Shown here piece after piece: positions 53,280 through 60,615 of a stretch of 64,000 bases of DNA. The notes below the pieces were generated by a model that saw only the letters and a list, made by a program, of their open reading frames with translations, searched no databases and was not told the DNA's origin. Origin of the DNA: a virus. Made by a program: the position numbers and the translations under genes. The stretch lies in the IMG/VR virus record IMGVR_UViG_3300042356_000058, positions 2,506 to 66,505 of that record, one strand, 5' to 3'. Positions within the stretch are counted from its first letter, which is position 1. Every line of letters starts with the position of its first letter.

Positions 53280-55658
53280 CTATGGATGAGTTGCTTTGTA
53301 CAGATCAAACTCTGATTTAAGCTCTTGGATGGCTTTGACCAGAATTGGAATTAACGTGCCTGCAGAAGCTTCTAGTTTTTCAGGGTTAATATCAGACACC
53401 AAGTGTGGCACAGAGACTCCTGTGGTTGCCTGCGCTTGTTGAAGCTCTTGTGCAATAAAACCAAATTCTGTAATACCAACCTTTTGGCCGTCGCGCATGT
53501 TCCAATCAAAGGATACAGGGCGAAGTGCTTGCACAAAGTTTAAACCCGCTGGAATGTCCACAATGTTGGTTTTATCACGCGCATCGGACAACGCAGTAAT
53601 AGATGTGACTTGGCATCGTAATGTGGTAATAGAGCCATCACCCAAGGTAATTGTGTTGTTGGCCGTAGGAGATGCTCCCATGGCGTTGTAACCAATGAAT
53701 GTATTGCCAGTGCCTGTTGTGTTGGCTTGCGTTCCATTGCCATAACCTGATAAATAGCCAATAGCAGTATTGTTTACGCCTGTAGTATTTGAATACAGGG
53801 CGGTATCGCCTACTGCGGCATTGCCTGCGCCAATTGTATTTAAGTAAAGCGAGAGATAACCAACGGCTGTGTTTGACGAACCAGTGGTGGTGGTGTACAA
53901 AGCACTGTGTCCCAATGCCGCATTTCGGGAAGCGTTTGCTGTGTATAACGCGCTGGTGCCCACCGCCGCGTTTTGTGTACCGGTAGTGTTTACCGCTAAA
54001 GCGTTTGCGCCTATACCAACATTGTCCGTACCAACTGTATTTTGGCCTAATGAACCATACCCAACGGCAGTATTGGTAGTTCCTGTTGAGTTGGAAGTTA
54101 AGGCTTGCATCCCAACGGCAGTATTATTTGTACCGGTTGTATTGGTGTACAGTGCTTGCCAACCGCTTGCGGTATTTCCAGTGCCCACTGTATTGTTGTA
54201 CAAAGCGTTATAACCAACTGCGCTGTTTCTAATGCCCGTGGTATTTTTGTTTAGTGAGTTATATCCAATAGCAGTATTGTTGTTGCCTGTAGTGTTTGAA
54301 TACAAAGCAGCTATGCCAACTGCAACGTTGTAATCGCCCGAGTTGTTGTACAAGGCTGACGTGCCAATTCCAATATTTTGCGAACCCGCAAAACTTAAAT
54401 ACAGGGCTTGATGACCAATTGCTACATTGTTTATGCCAGTGGCGTTGTAGGCTAATGCTGAAGTGCCTACTGCTATATTTTGTACTCCTGTAGTGTTACT
54501 AAATAACGCCGAACCCCCTACTGCAGTATTGTTGTTGCCTGTAGTGTTGTAATAAAGCGTATTTGCCCCAATCGCAGTATTATATATTCCAACAGAGTTA
54601 TTAAATAACGCCGTATACCCTACTGCAGTATTACTGGCGCCAGATGTATTTGCGCGTAATGCTTCTGAGCCTACAGCAACATTTGCGGTTCCTGTAATAT
54701 TCCCAAACAAAGCTAGGTAGCCTAGTGCTGCATTATTTGTGCCATTGGTATTTGAACTAAGGGCCGCATAACCAACTGCCGTATTATTTGTGCCTGTCGT
54801 ATTAGACGCTAATGCGCTGTTTCCAACTGCTGTGCTTGCGTTTGGGGAAGCACCGCTCCCTGCGCCTTTACCGACTGTCAAACCTTGCAAGCTAGAACTA
54901 CCCGTCACTGTAAGAGTGGAGGAAGCTGTTAATGTTGTAAACGCTCCAGTCGCAGGAGTGGTCGCACCTACAGTGCCATTGATGTTAAAGCTGGCTGCAG
55001 TTCCGGTAATGTTTGTTCCCACCATTGAAGCTGGGGTATTTAGGATCGCACCATTACCTAACGTAGCTACACCGGTAACACCTAATGTTCCGGACAACGT
55101 AGCACTTGCGCCAGCCAATGTGCCCGTGATAGTGGGGGAGGCTGAAAGAACCAGATTACCACTACCTGTGGAAGTGGTTGTGCCCGTGCCACCGCTGGTA
55201 ACTGGCAAAGCAGCGCCTAGCGTTAAAGAACTGAAATGTGAAGCCGCATCGACAACGTTTGTGCCGTTGTTGAAAACCAACGTAGCTTTACCAGCTGGAA
55301 CAGTGATGCCTGTGCCGGTCGTATTCTTAACGGTTTTTGCGCCTGTCCCCGTGTTGTTAATCAGGTAAAACTTTTCAATTTGGCAACCTGAACCCAAGAT
55401 TAAACTGCGTACAGAACCAATTCCGGTAGAGCTTTCAGTAATATTTAAACGCAAGTTTCTAGCAGCTTGCGTAGTAATGACGTCAGTAAGTGTGATTGTG
55501 ACATCCGCATCTGTAGAAAAGTCTACCGTGGCGGAGCCTGTAATGGCCTCCCCCAGAACCGCGTCACCTAAGTTAGTGTTGGTGAGCGATCCCCAAGTGC
55601 CTGAATTTGCACCAGTTTCAAGCAATTCTACTTTTAGCGCAGACCATTGTGATGGCAT
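53280..55658 (-). CDS. Tail fibre with 14-aa beta-roll repeats and C-terminal intramolecular chaperone (S74-like)
   Basis: More than 20 NTAVG.xAL.xNTTG repeats; SDARDKTNI...GFIAQE. Confidence 0.85.
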   Translation of the reverse strand: MPSQWSALKVELLETGANSGTWGSLTNTNLGDAVLGEAITGSATVDFSTDADVTITLTDVITTQAARNLRLNITESSTGIGSVRSLILGSGCQIEKFYLINNTGTGAKTVKNTTGTGITVPAGKATLVFNNGTNVVDAASHFSSLTLGAALPVTSGGTGTTTSTGSGNLVLSASPTITGTLAGASATLSGTLGVTGVATLGNGAILNTPASMVGTNITGTAASFNINGTVGATTPATGAFTTLTASSTLTVTGSSSLQGLTVGKGAGSGASPNASTAVGNSALASNTTGTNNTAVGYAALSSNTNGTNNAALGYLALFGNITGTANVAVGSEALRANTSGASNTAVGYTALFNNSVGIYNTAIGANTLYYNTTGNNNTAVGGSALFSNTTGVQNIAVGTSALAYNATGINNVAIGHQALYLSFAGSQNIGIGTSALYNNSGDYNVAVGIAALYSNTTGNNNTAIGYNSLNKNTTGIRNSAVGYNALYNNTVGTGNTASGWQALYTNTTGTNNTAVGMQALTSNSTGTTNTAVGYGSLGQNTVGTDNVGIGANALAVNTTGTQNAAVGTSALYTANASRNAALGHSALYTTTTGSSNTAVGYLSLYLNTIGAGNAAVGDTALYSNTTGVNNTAIGYLSGYGNGTQANTTGTGNTFIGYNAMGASPTANNTITLGDGSITTLRCQVTSITALSDARDKTNIVDIPAGLNFVQALRPVSFDWNMRDGQKVGITEFGFIAQELQQAQATTGVSVPHLVSDINPEKLEASAGTLIPILVKAIQELKSEFDLYKATHP

Positions 55659-55726
55659 TTTATACTCCCAATTTGTTTAAACACTTATGCCGTATTTACG
55701 GAATAACCGGGTTTTAGCCCAGCCCT

Positions 55727-56161
55727 TTAATACGAACTGCGGATCAGCGCTGTTGTTGACGTATTGGCAGGCATTGTGATCGTGAAGTTGGATGACGTTT
55801 TGTCACTTCCAAAGTCTAACACTGCAATAGAGGGCTTGCCTACCACTGAGTCGTTATAGATCAATGCGCACCGTGCCGTTATTGTGCCAGTCCACGCGAC
55901 GTTTGGGAAGCCCACATACGCTGTTGCATCAGATGTAGATGACGAAACACTCACCGGCGTTAGGATCGCTCCACCCGGTGAGTACGGTGCTGCGCCCGAT
56001 GTTGCTGATACTTCGTTTGAACTTGAATACGCTGTGGTATCCGCATTCAGGTCGGCGTTCGCCGTGTACAAGGCAATCTTGATAACGTCGGTGGTAAGCG
56101 CATGTATACCTTGGTACAACTCCGCTTTGAAACTTGTGGTTTGGGTCTGGACAATGCTCAT
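55727..56161 (-). CDS. Putative virion/tail protein (144 aa)
   Basis: SFKAEL..KIALYT..ARCALIYN..VLDFGSDK. Confidence 0.6.
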   Translation of the reverse strand: MSIVQTQTTSFKAELYQGIHALTTDVIKIALYTANADLNADTTAYSSSNEVSATSGAAPYSPGGAILTPVSVSSSTSDATAYVGFPNVAWTGTITARCALIYNDSVVGKPSIAVLDFGSDKTSSNFTITMPANTSTTALIRSSY

Positions 56162-56820
56162 TGCGGTGTGACCCTTGATTCAAAGCGGTAAGTGTCGGTT
56201 TGCTGTTTGCCATCGCCCAAGTTCTTCAAGAGTGCCAATGCTTCCATGTACTTTTGATTGTACAGCGCGGTCATATCAGCTTCACCCTTCATGTATGTGT
56301 TAGCTTCAACCAGTGTCCCGTACAACAGCACAGAGCTAAAGTTAGTACCAAGCCATGTAGTAGTCGCAGTAACAATTGACTCAGGCATGATGAAATAACT
56401 AAGGTCTGTTACGAATGCAGCACTGGGTGTAGGCCCAAGAATAAACTGCAGCGTAGTCACAGGTGAAGATGGGCCGTTGATTGCGTAGTACTTTGGAACC
56501 CCTGTTGTGGCTGGATTAGGGTATGCCTCTTGCATGAACGCAGGGTCTTTGTTAAGCAAGTAGATAAAATTCCCACTGGCGTCAACCACAGCAAACGAAT
56601 ACACAGCCAGAAAGTCTGTGGGTGCATTAAACGTATTAACGCTTGCCGTTAAAGCTGTGGTCGATGTCTTACGTAAATTGGGTAGCGACACTGAATTATA
56701 GATGCGCTGCTCCGCCTGCTGAATCATGGTGTTCATGTCAGTAGTGTCGAAGGTGTTCTGCGTGTAATCAGATACCGCAGTCACCAATTGGGAGTAAGTC
56801 AGCGCACCTAGTGTTGCCAT
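56158..56820 (-). CDS. Putative head-tail adaptor (220 aa)
   Basis: IQQAEQRI, G.PKYYA, GPTP, LLYGTLVEA. Confidence 0.6.
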   Translation of the reverse strand: MATLGALTYSQLVTAVSDYTQNTFDTTDMNTMIQQAEQRIYNSVSLPNLRKTSTTALTASVNTFNAPTDFLAVYSFAVVDASGNFIYLLNKDPAFMQEAYPNPATTGVPKYYAINGPSSPVTTLQFILGPTPSAAFVTDLSYFIMPESIVTATTTWLGTNFSSVLLYGTLVEANTYMKGEADMTALYNQKYMEALALLKNLGDGKQQTDTYRFESRVTPQ

Positions 56821-56827
56821 ATAAACC

Positions 56828-57079
56828 TCAAGCCATTGGGCCGCGAGCCGTTATACCTTTGGTAGCCGCGCCATTACCACGGGTAACGATGCCTGTCTCT
56901 TTCACAGACTCTCTGCCTTGTGAGTTGTTGTACATGCCAACACTCATGCGCGGCTGCATAGCTGCCAAACTTTCAAGGCCAGAATCTTTTCCGGGCATCG
57001 TGGTTGCTTTTACGGTCTTGCCACTCATAGTATGGGGCTTTGCGTAGGCAGAAGCGGGGAGATTGTTAACTTTGGGCAT
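56828..57079 (-). CDS. Small basic late protein (83 aa)
   Basis: Ends RGNGAATKGITARGPMA; GGAGG RBS. Confidence 0.7.
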   Translation of the reverse strand: MPKVNNLPASAYAKPHTMSGKTVKATTMPGKDSGLESLAAMQPRMSVGMYNNSQGRESVKETGIVTRGNGAATKGITARGPMA

Positions 57080-57081
57080 GA

Positions 57082-57267
57082 TTAGCCTCCACGTTGATTG
57101 TTTACGCGTGCCATGTTGCGACCGACTTTCATCATCGCTTCGCCGGTCACACCAGAAGATTTTTTGCCGCCCTTGTCAGTGCCTTTTGTGGGGCCGCTGT
57201 TGGGGAATACTTTGACGTTTGTTTTGCCTTTTGAGGCAACGCCGTCAGCTGATTTTACGTACGCCAT
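57082..57267 (-). CDS. Small basic late protein (61 aa)
   Basis: ADGVASKGKT; AAGGAG RBS. Confidence 0.7.
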   Translation of the reverse strand: MAYVKSADGVASKGKTNVKVFPNSGPTKGTDKGGKKSSGVTGEAMMKVGRNMARVNNQRGG

Positions 57268-57277
57268 AATTAGCTCC

Positions 57278-57661
57278 TTAAGATATCGTTACTGTACCAA
57301 CAATTGCTCTAGAAACCAAGTAGTTTGGTGTTAAAGCTGTATCAAAACTGCTGGCACCCCCAACTGGATTCCAGCCCCATTGAATGTCTCGACTGCCGCC
57401 TGTAGGGAGGCCCGTTGCATTTGGCCCTGCAGTTACATACGTTGTGTCCCTACGCGGGTTGCGTACAGCTTGTGGGTCATCCACCGGGTACATACCCAAC
57501 TGCAACTGAGGCTGATCGGGATCCCAGCAGCTATCGCACACCAACAAGTTGTACGTCTTGGTCTTAATGACCTCTTTGCGTAGAGCTGTTAATTTGAATC
57601 GGAAGCCACACCTATCGCACATGGCGATGCTGTTCTTGCCAGAAGCAAACCTATTGCCCAT
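57278..57661 (-). CDS. Zn-ribbon late protein (127 aa)
   Basis: CDRC...CDSC. Confidence 0.7.
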   Translation of the reverse strand: MGNRFASGKNSIAMCDRCGFRFKLTALRKEVIKTKTYNLLVCDSCWDPDQPQLQLGMYPVDDPQAVRNPRRDTTYVTAGPNATGLPTGGSRDIQWGWNPVGGASSFDTALTPNYLVSRAIVGTVTIS

Positions 57662-57662
57662 T

Positions 57663-58364
57663 TCAAGTACCGCTTCCTATATACATCTGGCGCGGTACAA
57701 AGCGAACCGAAGCCTTCTCACGGTCTTCCGTAGAGGCTAAGTCCCAAGCCTCATCGTACTGCTGTTTAAGAACTGGTAGGCGCTCGGCCCCATTGGGAAC
57801 CTTCAAAGCCAAGTAGTACGCCAAACCTGCCACCATGCAAGGCAAGAACCGGAACGGCACATCCATTGTGTTAATGCCAGTTCCTGCGTCGTCTATGCGG
57901 CGTAAACGCCAGTATACAAATGTGTACGTTTGTGAATTATCAGGAACAGGCCAAACGGTAATAGTAGGAATGTCCTGAAGGCGCTGAATCCAAACCTGAA
58001 TAGGACGGGCTTGCTGCAACTTGTTTGGGATAGTGGCGTAGGTAGAAACACTGATACGCGTAATGGTCAAGTCCGCCTGTGTCGATGCGCTCCCTGCGCC
58101 TGTGCGAATGACGTGTTCCATCAAATCCACAGTGTCCGCCGGAAGGTTGTATGTGGCTGTACCGGGAACCAGAGCAATAGTCCCCTGCTCAAACGTCCAC
58201 ATGTTCAGGCCCCGATTAGCCCAATCAGCAAATAGAAGATTCAAACTTCGTCTTGCAGTGCGCAAGTCATAACCTGTGCGCATCTCAGAACCAGCACGCT
58301 CAAACGCTTCCTCAACGATCTCCGTGAGGTCAAGATTAAATGCAGTGGTTCCAGAGGTAGCCAT
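57663..58364 (-). CDS. Putative head-tail adaptor/tail tubular protein A
   Basis: IVEEAFER..ARRSLN..WANRG..WPVPD..GLAYYLA. Confidence 0.65.
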   Translation of the reverse strand: MATSGTTAFNLDLTEIVEEAFERAGSEMRTGYDLRTARRSLNLLFADWANRGLNMWTFEQGTIALVPGTATYNLPADTVDLMEHVIRTGAGSASTQADLTITRISVSTYATIPNKLQQARPIQVWIQRLQDIPTITVWPVPDNSQTYTFVYWRLRRIDDAGTGINTMDVPFRFLPCMVAGLAYYLALKVPNGAERLPVLKQQYDEAWDLASTEDREKASVRFVPRQMYIGSGT

Positions 58365-58597
58365 TATCTAAATCCTGCTGTTTTCTTTGCAATCGTTTTG
58401 GGTTGCGCTACGAATTGTTTTCCGGCTTTTTTGCCAGCACGTTTCGCACGCGTTGTCGCAGCGTACTCACTAGGGCTGAGACTTTTGATCGCAGCTTCTG
58501 GAAGGTATCGCTCACCTGTTTTACTAGACGGTTTTCCACTTTTGGTTCCCCACTTTTGGTCGCCCCAGTCTTTCAATGATTTCTGAGGCGCTTTCAA
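58364..58597 (-). CDS. Small basic protein (77 aa), DUF5872-like C-terminal half
   Basis: QKSLKDW..QKW..GERYLP..GKQFV; TTG start overlaps the upstream TGA. Confidence 0.65.
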   Translation of the reverse strand: MKAPQKSLKDWGDQKWGTKSGKPSSKTGERYLPEAAIKSLSPSEYAATTRAKRAGKKAGKQFVAQPKTIAKKTAGFR

Positions 58598-58869
58598 TCT
58601 CGGTAACCCCCGCCTGCCGCCTTGTACTTCTTGGCAACAAGTTGCGCTTTACGGGCTGACCACTGACCTGCGCCAGTGCCGTGAGTTGCTGCGGCTTTTA
58701 CTTGGGACACAATCTTCTTGCGAAGACTGGGCTTTGTGTAATTGCCCGCAGCATTAACTTTCCCACCCTCTTTGTATTGGGTAAAGTCAGTATCGTCCCG
58801 CCGGGCTTTCTTGACGCCCTTGGGCATTTTAGAGGGGGAGATGTCCCCCATACCACGGCTGGCCATCAT
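58594..58869 (-). CDS. Small basic protein (91 aa), DUF5872-like N-terminal half
   Basis: YTKPSLR..GQWSARKAQLVAKKYKAAGGGY. Confidence 0.7.
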   Translation of the reverse strand: MMASRGMGDISPSKMPKGVKKARRDDTDFTQYKEGGKVNAAGNYTKPSLRKKIVSQVKAAATHGTGAGQWSARKAQLVAKKYKAAGGGYRD

Positions 58870-58873
58870 GATA

Positions 58874-59263
58874 TTAGCAGGCTTTGCCGCCGGACTTCAT
58901 ACCAATCATCGTGCCTTTGGTCTTGCCTTTGGAAGCAACGCCGTCAGCACGACTAGAAGCAGAGCCGCCACTCTTTAAACCTGCATGCGCTTTGGAAGCG
59001 GGTTTACCAGCATGTTTTGCCAGTGCTGCGGGCATGCCGCCACCAGCCATTTTAGTTGCGCCTTTTTTCTTAGCCATCATTGCCATGAAGCCAGCATTCA
59101 TTTTGGAAGCCATAGTATCACCACCTTTTGAAAATTTGCGGCCCTTGTCCGCAGTTGTAAAATCCTTGCCCACGGACTGTGGGACTCCGGCTTTCTTAGC
59201 AAACGATGGGTTATTAGCCACCGCCGCCATGAAATTGTGTTGTTTTTTACTCGTCGAAGGCAT
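58874..59263 (-). CDS. Small basic K/G/A-rich protein (129 aa)
   Basis: Four xxxGG motifs and ADGVASKGKTKG. Confidence 0.75.
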   Translation of the reverse strand: MPSTSKKQHNFMAAVANNPSFAKKAGVPQSVGKDFTTADKGRKFSKGGDTMASKMNAGFMAMMAKKKGATKMAGGGMPAALAKHAGKPASKAHAGLKSGGSASSRADGVASKGKTKGTMIGMKSGGKAC

Positions 59264-59511
59264 TACTTACCCCCTACGTACCAGTTAACAAGCTGAACTA
59301 AGCTTGCGCCTACAACGCTACTGGCCCCACCAACAAGCATCAAAACCTTCCAGCCACCTTTAGCCTCAGACAAAGTTTTGTCAATGGCCGTCAGCGTTAC
59401 CTGCATAGCCTTCATGTTCTCCAACATCCTGTCCATATCATCTTGCAAATGCTTGATGTCAGACGCATGCGTGGCTAACTCTCTGGCTGTCTGAATAGCG
59501 TCGTCAGTCAT
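59263..59511 (-). CDS. Coiled-coil protein with C-terminal TM helix (82 aa)
   Basis: Heptad pattern then GGWKVLMLVGGASSVVGASLV. Confidence 0.65.
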   Translation of the reverse strand: MTDDAIQTARELATHASDIKHLQDDMDRMLENMKAMQVTLTAIDKTLSEAKGGWKVLMLVGGASSVVGASLVQLVNWYVGGK

Positions 59512-59822
59512 ACCATCCGCCCTTTTGTCTTGCCCTTGGTGGCACAGCCATCAGCCGCAGTTACATAGCCCCCATCCTTACAGTTCCACGCCCTAAGTGA
59601 TTTGTTTATGCGTGAGTCTGGGTCGTTGGCCGTCTTTGCACTGGTCAGCTTCTTTTTCATCCCTTCCATCCTCGCACAGAAAGAGTCGCGCCGGGAGCCT
59701 CCTTCTGGCTGGGGCGGTTTCAAATTCATACCTTGCGCTTTGGCGGAGGCTCGTCCCTTGGCGTTCAAGCCGCCCTTGGGGTTCTTGCCTTCTTTGCGCG
59801 TCCATGCTGGTGATTTTGCCAT
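59508..59822 (-). CDS. Small basic protein (104 aa)
   Basis: GGLNAKGR..RRDSFCARM..SLRAWNC then ADGCATKGKTKG. Confidence 0.75.
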   Translation of the reverse strand: MAKSPAWTRKEGKNPKGGLNAKGRASAKAQGMNLKPPQPEGGSRRDSFCARMEGMKKKLTSAKTANDPDSRINKSLRAWNCKDGGYVTAADGCATKGKTKGRMV

Positions 59823-59853
59823 AATATATGTAATGTATTATGTTTTTTAAAGA

Positions 59854-60123
59854 TTAGCAATCTTGTGCGCCAGCGTACTGTGTAAATGTTTTTAACACGT
59901 CGTATATCGCAGGGATCAGATCGCCTGACAGGTCTTCCATATTGATATAGTGGGCCTGTTGTTGGATGCTAGGCCAACCTGCTCGGCGGGCTTCTTCCGT
60001 GGCGTGGATCTCGACCTGCACCTGAAGCTGGTCTTTCGTGCCAAAAAAGTTTGTAATCCTAGCGTAAGCCTGTGTTTCAGACTGACCGTTGGTGTTGTTT
60101 ACTGCTGTGATTTTAAGTGCCAT
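59854..60123 (-). CDS. Tail-fibre-associated hypothetical protein (89 aa)
   Basis: AYARI..YDVLKT; follows the fibre gene. Confidence 0.65.
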   Translation of the reverse strand: MALKITAVNNTNGQSETQAYARITNFFGTKDQLQVQVEIHATEEARRAGWPSIQQQAHYINMEDLSGDLIPAIYDVLKTFTQYAGAQDC

Positions 60124-60127
60124 GATG

Positions 60128-60430
60128 TTAGTTCCAAGGTAAAGGAGCAGGTTGAGGTGTAGGAATAGCGGCTTGAGCAATTAGGAAATCAACTTCGGTT
60201 TCCATGTTCGTTACACGCTCCGGGCCAAGGGCAGCTTGTGTCCACGCCAAAGCTTGTTCCTGTGTGATTTGGTCAAACGGCGTAAAGTCATCGGGGTTTG
60301 CAGGTAGCAAGTTGACCGAGTAGTTGACCTGTTGTCCGTCTTTGGCAATCGTAAAATTGCTCATCACAACGGTTTGGGGTTCAGGTGTGTTCATGACCTG
60401 AAGTGAATTGATTGTCCATACAAATGCCAT
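60128..60430 (-). CDS. Tail-fibre-associated protein (100 aa)
   Basis: FTPFDQITQEQALAW...PLPW; AGGAG RBS. Confidence 0.7.
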   Translation of the reverse strand: MAFVWTINSLQVMNTPEPQTVVMSNFTIAKDGQQVNYSVNLLPANPDDFTPFDQITQEQALAWTQAALGPERVTNMETEVDFLIAQAAIPTPQPAPLPWN

Positions 60431-60432
60431 GA

Positions 60433-60597
60433 TTACTCCTGTGTGATGGCTTGCGCCTTGACTTGCTCAAATTGAGCGGCTTCTTGTTGCTGTTTGGCAA
60501 TGTTGTTCATCACCAGAAAAGCACCTGTCTTAGACGGCATTTCGCCCAAAACGTCCATGATGAATTTTACTTCGTCATCTGATAATTCAAGTTTCAT
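60433..60597 (-). CDS. Small tail-fibre chaperone-like protein (54 aa)
   Basis: MKLELSDDEVKFIMDVLGEMP; AGGAG RBS. Confidence 0.6.
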   Translation of the reverse strand: MKLELSDDEVKFIMDVLGEMPSKTGAFLVMNNIAKQQQEAAQFEQVKAQAITQE

Positions 60598-60615
60598 AGG
60601 TTCTCCTGTTAAAAA

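Noticed and set aside
53700-54830. 42-bp periodic DNA repeats as a non-coding array
   Set aside because: Fully explained by the 14-aa repeats of the tail fibre
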